Positions 22,641 to 31,505 of a stretch of 64,000 nt of DNA are shown piece after piece. This stretch comes from an uncultured Acidobacteriota bacterium. Its GTDB lineage: Bacteria > Acidobacteriota > JAQAZP01. The DNA is taken from the NCBI GenBank assembly GCA_963836075.1, contig CAWIIB010000009.1, positions 864,001 through 928,000 on the forward strand, given 5' to 3'. The translations under genes were made by a program, and so were the position numbers. Below the pieces are notes generated by a model. That model did not search any database and was not told the origin of the DNA. It saw nothing but the letters and a program-made list of their open reading frames with translations. The stretch's first letter is position 1. Each line of letters begins with the position of its first letter.

Positions 22641-24839
22641 TCAAGGCATCCAACCGGTCACCGTGCAGGCGGCCGTGTCGGTATCCCCCGACGGCAGGTA
22701 GGGGGGCAGGTTGTAGGGCGGCGGCGTTACGTCGAGCACGGTGAGCAGGAAATCGTTGTCCCCGGCCAGCGGCTCGAGGGCCGGCAGGTTCTGTCCCCAG
22801 AAAAACCCGAACGATTCTCCGGGCTGGACGTTCTGCCACCCGCGCCGCCAGGAGGAATGGTCCTGGCCGCCGGCCAGGGTGACATCCATCTGGTACTGGA
22901 TGCGCCGGGCCAGCTTCCGGTAATCGTTGGCCATCGACACCGTGAACTGGCTGACAAAGGGCAGGGCACCGCCGGCCGGCTGGCAGCTCAGTTCACAGGA
23001 GATCGTTTTCTCGATCGGGTAGTGGTAGCCCATGTCCACCTGCCCCGTATCCCCCACCCGGTCGGTTCTGGTGGTCAGGGTGGAGGCCGGCCATTCGATC
23101 AGGGTCAGCGTGTCCAGGTCGAAATCCACCGGCACCATCACCGTGTCCGCCGGTTCGCTGCCGGTGTCCACACAGGGGCTGTCCACCGGCTGTCCGGCGG
23201 CCGTACTGGCGAGATTGTGCTCACCCACCAGGCCGACGGTGAAGAGCGGATCGGCGTCGATGATGCTCTCCCCGTACGCCCCGCCCTGGACATCGCAGTA
23301 GGACGCTGCCGCCGGGGCATAGGCCAGGTGGTACTGGTTCGGCATATTGCCCCAAATGACCGTGTCGGTGACGGTGGTGCTCCAGTAGACCTCACTGTTC
23401 ACATATATTCCACCACCGTCGGCGGCCTGGTTGCCGGCAATGGTATTGAGCCGGTAGTCGATGTAATCGGCCTCCTGGCCGATCCCGCCGCCCTCTCCGT
23501 CGGCGGAGTTTCCGACGATCAGGTTGTTGACAACCTGCGAGGACCATCCCGACGTATAGATACCGCCACCCCGGCCAGCGGCATGGTTTCGCTCGATCCT
23601 GTTGCCGGCAACGGTCCCGTGATACGAAGAGAAGGCCAGCCCGCCGCCGTTGCCCCCGGCGCTGTTCTCCTCGATGCCGTTGTTCAGAACACTCCAGCTG
23701 GCGCTGCTGATGAAGATGGCGCCGCCGGTAATGGTGGCGTGGTTGCCGGAGAAGAGGTTGTCTTTTATAACCGAGCCGCCCGACGCGCAATTGACTCCGG
23801 CGCCTCTTTCCGCCGCGTTGTCGATGAAGGTGTTGCCGATCACATAGACTTCCGAATTATACGGGGCGCCGGAGTGGTCGTATCTCGAATAGATGCAGCC
23901 TTCCGTATTCCCGGTGAACTGGTTGTCCCGAATAAGGGACGGGCTTTTATCGAACTGCATACAGAGCACACCGTTGTCGGTGAACGTATTGCCGATCACG
24001 TCTGTTTCGGCGTGGACGATGTAGATAACGGCGCTTCCCGAATCATGTCCTGAGAAAATGTTGCCGGTGATGGATGCCCGCTTTTGTTCATCCCACATCC
24101 AGCCATATATGGCACAGCCGGACTCCTGCGTGCCGGTGTAGTCGATGATGTTGGCAATGAATTCATTGTCCACGATCACCACTTGAGCATCCTGATAGTA
24201 GATGGCGCCACCGCCGGTATAGGCATGATTGTCGATGAAAACGTTGCCGATGATCTCGGCCTCCGTATCCTCACGACACTGGATCGCCCCCCCATCCTCG
24301 CCCGGGCCGCACCAGTTGTCGATGAAGATGTTTCCCCTGATGGTGGCCGGGCCCTGAATGACCCTGATGGCTCCGCCGCCGCTCCATGTCCCGCTATCCG
24401 GAGACCAGCCACCGGTGATGGTGAATCCCTCCACCGTACTTCTCGCCCCGTAATTAGCGAAATCGAATGCCCGGTGCGGGTCCGCCTCGCCTCCCTGGCA
24501 ATCGATGATGCAGTTTTCCGGGCCGTTTTCGGATTTGATGGTGACCCGCCTCTCGCGCTGGACGCCAATGTCCCGGTTCCCCTCGCCGGTGTACAGGCCG
24601 TCTCTCACCAGCACCGTGTCGCCGCCCCACCCGATCGCCATGTACCCTTCCATGATGGAATCAAAGGGATGATCCGTCGAACCGTCCTCCAGCGGATCGC
24701 TGATGGCGGGGTCGCCGGGGCCGGGGTCGCCCGGCGCGTCGTCGTCCACATACCAGGTGCTCTGGGCGTGGAGGGGGACAGCGCAGAGCAGAATCGTGAG
24801 CAGAAGCAATACGGCTGTTCCGTCTGTTCGCATGATCAA
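22641..24839 (-). CDS. Secreted right-handed beta-helix repeat protein with conserved C-terminal domain (paralog 4)
   Basis: Same N-cap; GGAI/FxxN Pmp-like repeats; C-terminus DVTPPPYNLPPYLPSGDTDTAACTVTGWMP. Confidence 0.85.
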   Translation of the reverse strand: MIMRTDGTAVLLLLTILLCAVPLHAQSTWYVDDDAPGDPGPGDPAISDPLEDGSTDHPFDSIMEGYMAIGWGGDTVLVRDGLYTGEGNRDIGVQRERRVTIKSENGPENCIIDCQGGEADPHRAFDFANYGARSTVEGFTITGGWSPDSGTWSGGGAIRVIQGPATIRGNIFIDNWCGPGEDGGAIQCREDTEAEIIGNVFIDNHAYTGGGAIYYQDAQVVIVDNEFIANIIDYTGTQESGCAIYGWMWDEQKRASITGNIFSGHDSGSAVIYIVHAETDVIGNTFTDNGVLCMQFDKSPSLIRDNQFTGNTEGCIYSRYDHSGAPYNSEVYVIGNTFIDNAAERGAGVNCASGGSVIKDNLFSGNHATITGGAIFISSASWSVLNNGIEENSAGGNGGGLAFSSYHGTVAGNRIERNHAAGRGGGIYTSGWSSQVVNNLIVGNSADGEGGGIGQEADYIDYRLNTIAGNQAADGGGIYVNSEVYWSTTVTDTVIWGNMPNQYHLAYAPAAASYCDVQGGAYGESIIDADPLFTVGLVGEHNLASTAAGQPVDSPCVDTGSEPADTVMVPVDFDLDTLTLIEWPASTLTTRTDRVGDTGQVDMGYHYPIEKTISCELSCQPAGGALPFVSQFTVSMANDYRKLARRIQYQMDVTLAGGQDHSSWRRGWQNVQPGESFGFFWGQNLPALEPLAGDNDFLLTVLDVTPPPYNLPPYLPSGDTDTAACTVTGWMP

Positions 24840-25036
24840 TTTGTTCTCCCTGGTGTGGAGCGATATCCGACCGAAACCATCGCCGGGGTGGCAAACGAGA
24901 CGACACCCTCACCGGAGAGCATTGTCCATGAACTCCAGCGGGACGGTGCCGGAAACCTGACGTATTAAGGAATTTAGGTCTTTTCGTGGTCTGCTGTCGA
25001 GTCTTTTTTATTAAGGAATGGCTGTCGCGGGGGAAA

Positions 25037-26242
25037 TTACCGGCATGCCAGCTCCCACAAAGCGTCCGCAAGGAGCGGATCGGTCGACTCGGGCCGGCGC
25101 CGGAGCAGGGAGAGGATCAGGGCGTCGTCGTCCAGGGAATCCTCGCCGGTGAAGGCCAGCACCCGGTCGTACAGCCGCTTGGGCAGGTCCATGGAGGTAT
25201 CCATGATCTCCTGGCGCAGCAGCTCGGCCAGTCCGTCCTCGCCGATGGCGCGGTCCGCGGAGCCCCGGGACTCGGTGAGGCCATCGGTGTAGAAAAGCAC
25301 CAGGTCGCCAGGCTCGAGCATTGTCTCCCGCGTCCGGAATTCACCGGCCTCGAGAATCCCCAGCGGCAGGCCTCCCGTCTCCAGCCGGTCCACCGTCCCG
25401 CTGGCGGCACTGTAGTGCAGCAGGGGCGGCTGTCCCGCACTGCAATAGCTCAGTGTCCAGTGGTCGGCATCGAGCACGGCGTAGACCCCGGTGGTGAAGC
25501 TGTCGTCCACCATGTAGCGGGCCAGCTCCAGGTTGAGGCCGGAGATGTAGTCCGCCGGGTCGCCGGCCCTGGCCGAGAGTTTTTCTTCCATGTTTCTCAG
25601 CAGCATGGTGTAGAGCGCCGACGACACGCCCCGCCCCCGCAGGTCGGCGGCCAGGATTCCGTAACGGTTCCCCTCCAGGGGGATCATGCTGTAGTAGTCG
25701 CCGCCCACCAGGCCCCGGGGGTGGCAGTGAACGTCGACGCGGAAGGTGTCGGTGCCCACCAGCAGCTCGGGCAGGATGTCCTGCTGGACCAGCCGGGCAA
25801 ACTCCAGGTCCCGGACGCGGACGGTCTCGTCGCGAAAGGCCGCGATACGTCCAACCACCCGGCCCCCGGCATCGAGGACCGGCGCTGCGTCGATGCTCAC
25901 CGCCACCCGCCGGCCGTCCTTCTTTCTGGCGTACACCAGATCCAGGTCAGCGCTTTCCCCGTTCGGGGTGCCGGACCGCCGGAGCGGGCAGCGCCCGGTG
26001 TCGCAGAGCCGGTTCCCGTCGTGATCCAGGTGTGCCAGGACTTCCTCGTGACACGCCTTGCCCGCCACGTCCTCGCCACGGTATCCGGTGATCTCCTCGG
26101 CCTTGCGGTTCCAGAACAGGATCCGCCGCTGTTCATCGGTGAGGTAGACCCCGATGTTCAGCTGGTCCAGCGCTCGGGACAGTTCGCTGTGGTTCGACCT
26201 GGAAAAGGGAAGCTGTGGAAGACCTTCGATCAAACCGCCCAC
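25037..26242 (-). CDS. PAS domain + SpoIIE/RsbU (PP2C) phosphatase
   Basis: FWNRKAEEITGY PAS; VGGDYY, ADLRGRG, YTDGLTE, DDALI. Confidence 0.88.
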   Translation of the reverse strand: MGGLIEGLPQLPFSRSNHSELSRALDQLNIGVYLTDEQRRILFWNRKAEEITGYRGEDVAGKACHEEVLAHLDHDGNRLCDTGRCPLRRSGTPNGESADLDLVYARKKDGRRVAVSIDAAPVLDAGGRVVGRIAAFRDETVRVRDLEFARLVQQDILPELLVGTDTFRVDVHCHPRGLVGGDYYSMIPLEGNRYGILAADLRGRGVSSALYTMLLRNMEEKLSARAGDPADYISGLNLELARYMVDDSFTTGVYAVLDADHWTLSYCSAGQPPLLHYSAASGTVDRLETGGLPLGILEAGEFRTRETMLEPGDLVLFYTDGLTESRGSADRAIGEDGLAELLRQEIMDTSMDLPKRLYDRVLAFTGEDSLDDDALILSLLRRRPESTDPLLADALWELACR

Positions 26243-26419
26243 CGCCTGGTTCCTCCGCTGCTGGGTCCGTGGAGTACCTCCGGCCGATCACCATGACCGG
26301 CGCTTCACCCTACTTATCGGTGGGATGGGGAAAGGGCTTGAAACCGTTCGGGGGCGGCCTCGGTTCCGCAGGGATCAGCAAGACGGGAATCGCGACCTAT
26401 CTCGTTGATATATATAGAG

Positions 26420-28228
26420 TTACATGTACCCCAGGGCTTCCAGCCGGGCGCGGGTCTCCTCGTCCACTTCCAGGGGCTGGGCGCCCTCCCCGGAATCGGG
26501 TGTGGCGGCCAGTTGGAGTTCCAGCCACCGGCGGAGCGGCTCCGCCACCTCGGGCCGGCTGAGCACCAGGTTGGTGGTTTCGCTGGGATCGGTTTCCAGG
26601 TCGTACAGTTCGCTGCCGCCATCAGAGGAGTGGATATATTTCCAGCGGCCCTGGTATACCGCCTGACGCACCCGGCGAAAGCGAGGGCCGTAGGGCCGCC
26701 TGAGGTCCTTGATCCGGGCGAAGTAGTTCTCGCCCAGGAGCGCCCGTTCCCCGGTGAGCCGGCGCAGGTCGGCGCCTTCGGCCCCGTCCGGAACGTCGAG
26801 GCCCAACGTGGAGAGGACGGTGGGCAACACGTCCACCAGGTGGGCCCGGGCCGTCACTTCACCACGCGGTTCCCCGCCCGGGAAGCGGACCATCAGCGGC
26901 ACGGCCATGGCCGGTTCGTAGACATCCTTGCTGTGCTCGAGGAGGGCGTGCTCGCCGAAATACTCGCCGTGATCGCTGAGCAGCACGATGAGGCTTTTTT
27001 CGTAGAGCCCGCGCCGGCGCAGGTCCTCCAGCAGCAGGCCCAGGTGGTGGTCGAGGTAGCTGATGGAGCCGTCGTACAGGGCGTGGAGGTGGGCCACCTC
27101 CTCCTCGCTCACCGGCTGCTGGCGGGACATGACCCTCAACTCGAAGGAGCCGTCAAAGGAAAAACCGGGGAGGCGGCCGGGGAAGGCGTTGCCGAAAGGG
27201 GGCGGAGCGTGGTGCGGCAGGTGGGCGTCCATGTAGTTTGCGAAAAGGAAGAAGGGGCGGTCCCCGTGGACGTCGAGCCAGCGCCGGATGCGGCGGTTCA
27301 GCTGCCAGGCCGACTGCTGCGGCTTGTCAAAGACCGCACGCCAGCGCTGCTCGAAAAACGTCTTCATCGACCACTGGCAGCGCAGGGGAAGGAGGTAGTT
27401 GCCGTTGGTCTTTGACTGGTAGTGCTTGAACCCCTGATCCAGTCCGGACTGGGGTGAGAGGTAGGGATTGGAGACCAGCCCGGCGGTGAGGTAGCCGTGC
27501 TCCGCCAGCATCCGGGCCAGGGTCGGTGTTCCCTGGCCGAGGGCGTAGACGTTGCTCCAGCTTGCCCTGTTGACATCTTTGGGGAGGAAGCTGCGGGCCC
27601 CGTGAGTGCTGGGATAGAGGCCGGTGAACAGGCTGGCGTGGGAGGGCACCGTCCAGGGGGCGGAACTGATGGCGTTGCGGCAGACCAGAAACTCCGGGGC
27701 CAGCCGCTGCAGGTTTGGCGAGGTGGGCCGGTGGTAGCCGTAGAGCGAGAGGTGGTCGGCCCGCACCGTGTCCAGCACCAGGATGATCACGTTGGGGGAG
27801 TGGCTGGCCGGGAGCGTGTCGCCGGCGGCCGGTTCTGCCGCCGGCGCCGGGATCTCCCGGGCCAGACGGCGCTCTTCGGCATACCCGGTGAGCGGCCCGG
27901 TGAGAGCGAAGAAGAGAAGCAGCAGGGCTGCCGCCACGGCCTCGGCCGCGCGGTTGGGGAAGGGGAGCTGCACCAGCTCGGCGGCAAAGCGGATCAGGCC
28001 GCGTCGCGGGAGAAAACCGAGCAGCAGAAAGAGCAGCAGCCCCGCAACCAGCGCCTGGCCCATGTTGAGGGCCAGCACCAGGTAGTAGACCCCCGCCGGG
28101 GTCAGGTCGCCCCGGGTGAGAATGCGGGCCACGTCGAGACCGCCGAGGATCAGGCCCACTGAGAGCGCCAGCAGCAGAGCCCGCCTGAAGAGCGCGAGAA
28201 GGCCGGGTCTGGATGGTGGTTCGGCCAT
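26420..28228 (-). CDS. Membrane-anchored sulfatase-like hydrolase/transferase (alkaline phosphatase superfamily)
   Basis: Likely start MAEPPS at 28228 overlapping the selD stop (TGATG); N-terminal TM helices; VLDTVRADH, PWTVPSHASLFTG, DAHLP, SDHGE, LEALGY. Confidence 0.85.
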   Translation of the reverse strand: MAEPPSRPGLLALFRRALLLALSVGLILGGLDVARILTRGDLTPAGVYYLVLALNMGQALVAGLLLFLLLGFLPRRGLIRFAAELVQLPFPNRAAEAVAAALLLLFFALTGPLTGYAEERRLAREIPAPAAEPAAGDTLPASHSPNVIILVLDTVRADHLSLYGYHRPTSPNLQRLAPEFLVCRNAISSAPWTVPSHASLFTGLYPSTHGARSFLPKDVNRASWSNVYALGQGTPTLARMLAEHGYLTAGLVSNPYLSPQSGLDQGFKHYQSKTNGNYLLPLRCQWSMKTFFEQRWRAVFDKPQQSAWQLNRRIRRWLDVHGDRPFFLFANYMDAHLPHHAPPPFGNAFPGRLPGFSFDGSFELRVMSRQQPVSEEEVAHLHALYDGSISYLDHHLGLLLEDLRRRGLYEKSLIVLLSDHGEYFGEHALLEHSKDVYEPAMAVPLMVRFPGGEPRGEVTARAHLVDVLPTVLSTLGLDVPDGAEGADLRRLTGERALLGENYFARIKDLRRPYGPRFRRVRQAVYQGRWKYIHSSDGGSELYDLETDPSETTNLVLSRPEVAEPLRRWLELQLAATPDSGEGAQPLEVDEETRARLEALGYM

Positions 28229-29286
28229 CAGTTCACGGAAACGGAGGGGCACTTCCCGGCCGGGACCACGCGGCCCACCACGGCGGCCATTCCGCCCTCC
28301 TCGGTGATCCGCCGGGCCATCTTCCTGGCGCTGTGCCGGTCCACCGCGATCAGCAGGCCGCCGGCGGTTTGCGGGTCGTTGAGCAGGCACTGCAGGGTCT
28401 CGTCCACACTGTCGGCGTAGCTGACGCTGCCCTGGGCGAACTCGCGATTGGTCTTCACCGCCCCGGGCATGCAGCCTTCGCCGGCCACCCGCAGCGCCCC
28501 GGGGAGGATGGGCACCGACGAGGAATCAAGCTCCACGCTCATCCCGCTGCTCCGGGCCATCTCCAGGGCGTGCACCGCCAGACCGAAACCGGTGACGTCG
28601 GTCATGGCGCTGGCCCCGAACTGGCGGGCGGTCCTCGAGGCGTTCATGTTCAGCGATGTCATCTGGAAGATGGCGGCGGCCAGTTCCTCCGCCGATGTCT
28701 TGTCCTGCTTCACGCCGTGGGTCAGCACGCCGATGCCCAGCGGCTTGGTCAGCACCAGCGCGTCCCCCTCCCGGGCGCCACCGTTGCGAATGATGCCTCC
28801 GGGGTGCACTTCGCCGGTCACCGCGTAGCCGAACTTGATCTCCTTGTCGGCGATGGAGTGACCGCCCAGCAGAACGGTGCCGGCCTCGCCCAGCTTGTCC
28901 AGGCCGCCGCGGTGCATCTGCTCCAGCACCTCCATGTCCATGCCGCTGCGGGGGAAGCCCACGAAGGAGAGCGCGGTGAGCGGCCGAGCCCCCATGGCAA
29001 AGACGTCGCTGAGTGCGTTACATGCCGCTATCTGCCCGAAAACAAAGGGGTTATCCACGACGGGAGTGAGGATGTCGATGGTCTGTACCATGGCCAGATC
29101 ATCACGGATCAGGTAGATCCCGCAGTCCTCGCTGGCCTCGTACCCGGCGAGAACTTTTGAGTCGTCCACCCGCGGCAGGCTGCCCAACACACGCTCCAGG
29201 ACCCCCGGAGCAAGCTTGGCCGCTCATCCGCCGCTGGAAACCGCGCGGGTCAGACGGACTTCTTCATTCTTTGGTTCATCGCTCAT
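28228..29286 (-). CDS. selD: Selenide, water dikinase (selenophosphate synthetase), selenocysteine-containing
   Basis: ATG at 29286 after AAGGA gives MSDEPKNEEVRLTRAVSSGG-U(TGA 29226-29224)-AAKLAPGVL, in frame with ORF 28228..29190 (NALSDVFAMG, GGHS, TDVTGFGL, DPQTAGGLL). Confidence 0.93.
29193..29211 (-). promoter_or_regulatory. Putative bacterial SECIS hairpin of selD
   Basis: GCUCCGG-GGGUC-CUGGAGC hairpin begins 12 nt after the in-frame UGA; G-containing loop. Confidence 0.7.
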
Positions 29287-29308
29287 CAAAATATCCTTGT
29301 GGCACCGG

Positions 29309-29662
29309 TTACTCGATTGTGCCGCCGGGGTTCATGTCGCAGTGTCCCTGGAAGACCGCGCCGTCGGCGATCTTCAGGCTGGGCGTCACCAGCGAGCTGG
29401 TGACCACGCCGCCGGTGAAGATCTCCACGCCGTCGGTCACCTTGATGCTGCCCGCCGCCTTGCCGCTGACCGAGACCGAGGTGGCCTCGATCTCGGCGTC
29501 CACCTCGGCGGTGGGCCCCACCACCACTTCGCCGCCGGCAGTGATTTTGCCCTTGACCCTGCCGTCGATACGCAACGACCCCTTGACGGTGATCTCGCCG
29601 TCGAGGACCGTTTCCCCGTCCAGGTATGCGTTGATCTCGCCAGCCGATTTCGTTTTCGCCAT
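29309..29662 (-). CDS. Bactofilin (polymer-forming cytoskeletal protein)
   Basis: LRIDGRVKGKI, V.VSGK..G.I, LKIADGAVFQGHC. Confidence 0.9.
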   Translation of the reverse strand: MAKTKSAGEINAYLDGETVLDGEITVKGSLRIDGRVKGKITAGGEVVVGPTAEVDAEIEATSVSVSGKAAGSIKVTDGVEIFTGGVVTSSLVTPSLKIADGAVFQGHCDMNPGGTIE

Positions 29663-29684
29663 CGCCCCCACCACCCGGGAAGGT

Positions 29685-30545
29685 TTAGCCCTTTGACCGG
29701 ATCAGTATCTGGTAGATTCTATCCAATTCCTCGGCGGAGAAGAAGTGAATTTCGATCTTCCCCCGCTGGCCGCTGCCCACGATGCGCACCTTGGTCCGTA
29801 ACCGCTGGGTCATCTCCTCTTCCGCCGCCCGCACGTTGGGGTCCTTTTTAGGCTGCTCCTTTTGCTGGCGCGGCTTCTTGCGGGCGCCGCCCTGTCCGGC
29901 GGCCTCCTCCACGCTGCGCACCGAGAGCCCCTCGGCGATGATCCGCCTGCAGAGATCGACCCGTGCCCGCTCCCCGGCAACCGCCAGCAGGGCACGGCCA
30001 TGCCCCATACTGATCTCACCGTCGCGCAGGTGCTTCTTCACCGCCTCGGGCAGCTTGAGCAGCCGCAGCATGTTGGCCACCGTGGCCCGCTCCTTGCCCA
30101 CCCGGTTGGCCACCTGCTCCTGGTTGAGACCAAACTTTCTGATCAGCAGCTGGTAGGCCTCGGCTTCCTCCACCGGGTTCAGTTCCTCCCGCTGGATGTT
30201 TTCCACCAGGGCCAGTTCCGCCGCCTTCTCGTCCGTGAGATCCCGGATCATCACCGGCACCTGCTTGAGGCCGGCCTCCCTGGCCGCCTCCAGACGCCGC
30301 TCACCGGCCACCAGCTCCAGCCCGCCGGCAACGCGCCTGACCAGCAGGGGGTTGATGATCCCATCCTGGCGGATCGAATCGGCCAGCTGGGAGATCTTGG
30401 TCTTGTCGATTTTACGGCGTGGCTGGAACCGGCCGGGACGGATGGCATCCACCCTGGCCATCTGGATTTCCTTGCCCGCCGGCGGCGCGGGGGGAGGGTC
30501 GGGAATCAGAGCGGTGAGCCCCTTACCCAGTGCTTTCCGTTTCAT
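29685..30545 (-). CDS. parB: Chromosome partitioning protein ParB
   Basis: KALGKGL, FQPRR, VAGERR, ENIQREELNPVEEA, HTH. Confidence 0.97.
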   Translation of the reverse strand: MKRKALGKGLTALIPDPPPAPPAGKEIQMARVDAIRPGRFQPRRKIDKTKISQLADSIRQDGIINPLLVRRVAGGLELVAGERRLEAAREAGLKQVPVMIRDLTDEKAAELALVENIQREELNPVEEAEAYQLLIRKFGLNQEQVANRVGKERATVANMLRLLKLPEAVKKHLRDGEISMGHGRALLAVAGERARVDLCRRIIAEGLSVRSVEEAAGQGGARKKPRQQKEQPKKDPNVRAAEEEMTQRLRTKVRIVGSGQRGKIEIHFFSAEELDRIYQILIRSKG

Positions 30546-31305
30546 TTTCAATCACTTCCCTGGCCAGGTCCAGGTAGGCCTGGGCCCCCTTGGACCGGAT
30601 GTCGTAGAGCAGGATCGGTTTGCCGAAGCTGGGCGCCTCACCGAGCCTGACGTTACGGGGGATCTCCGTGCGGAAGACCTTTTCACCAAAGTACTCCCTG
30701 ATCTCGCTGGTGACCTGGCGGGTGAGCAGGGTCCGTTCGTCGAGCATGGTGAGCAGGATGCCTTCGGTGTCGAGAGCGGGATTGAGAGAGGCGCGGATGC
30801 GGCCCAGGGTCCGGGTCAGCTCGGTGAGCCCCTCCATGGCGAAATACTCACACTGGATGGGGATCAGCACGCTGTCCGCCGCGGTGAGCGCGTTCACCGT
30901 GAGCAGGCCCAGGGAGGGAGGGCAGTCGATGAAGACATACTGGTAGTCGGCAGCCAGGTCGCGCAACGCCTCGCGCAGCCGGTACTCCCGCTGCTCCATG
31001 TTCACCAGCTCCGGCTCGGCCCCGGCCAGGTCGTTGCCCGAGGGGATCACGTCAAGAAAGCCCAGCTCGGTGGGCAACACCACCTCCCGGGGGTCAAGGC
31101 CCTCGATGAGCACGTGGTAGATGTGCCGGCGGCGGCTCTCCTCGCCGGTCTTGAAGCCGAGACCGCCGGTTGTGTTCCCCTGGGGGTCGAGATCCACCAG
31201 CAACACCCGCCTCTCGGCCACGGCCAGGGAGGCGGCGAGATTGATCCCGGTGGTGGTCTTCCCCACACCGCCCTTTTGATTGGTGATGGCGACGATTTTG
31301 CCCAT
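30523..31305 (-). CDS. parA: Chromosome partitioning ATPase ParA/Soj
   Basis: NQKGGVGKTT, DLDPQGN, DCPPSLG, IPRNVRL.EAPSFG. Confidence 0.97.
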   Translation of the reverse strand: MGKIVAITNQKGGVGKTTTGINLAASLAVAERRVLLVDLDPQGNTTGGLGFKTGEESRRRHIYHVLIEGLDPREVVLPTELGFLDVIPSGNDLAGAEPELVNMEQREYRLREALRDLAADYQYVFIDCPPSLGLLTVNALTAADSVLIPIQCEYFAMEGLTELTRTLGRIRASLNPALDTEGILLTMLDERTLLTRQVTSEIREYFGEKVFRTEIPRNVRLGEAPSFGKPILLYDIRSKGAQAYLDLAREVIENETESTG

Positions 31306-31413
31306 TTGACCCCGAAAAGAAGACGGAAAAGTCCCTGGAAAGGCTGGCCAAGGCTGAATAATAGCATGGAGTTCGATTTGAAGGGAAGAGATTTGGCCGT
31401 GTCCGCCCGAAAA

Positions 31414-31429
31414 CGTTCCACGTGGAACG
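31414..31429. promoter_or_regulatory. parS: parS site 1
   Basis: CGTTCCACGTGGAACG, perfect palindrome matching the TGTTNCACGTGNAACA consensus. Confidence 0.9.
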
Positions 31430-31451
31430 GCAGCCGCGGGGCTGGGCCCAT

Positions 31452-31467
31452 TGTTCCACGTGGAACG
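31452..31467. promoter_or_regulatory. parS: parS site 2
   Basis: TGTTCCACGTGGAACG. Confidence 0.9.
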
Positions 31468-31505
31468 GCGGCGTGAAGCAACAAAAACGGTTGAAAACAG
31501 GCCGG

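Noticed and set aside
17416-24839. Diversity-generating retroelement or shufflon explanation for the paralog array
   Set aside because: No reverse transcriptase or recombinase in the window; C-termini differ at all base types and all copies have the same orientation.
17416-24839. Autotransporter (Pmp-like) or PEP-CTERM/LPXTG assignment
   Set aside because: No ~300-aa beta-barrel ending in an aromatic residue, and no terminal TM helix with a basic tail.
28229-28390. N-terminal extension of the sulfatase-like ORF
   Set aside because: Overlaps selD in another frame; the coupled ATG at 28228 is more plausible.
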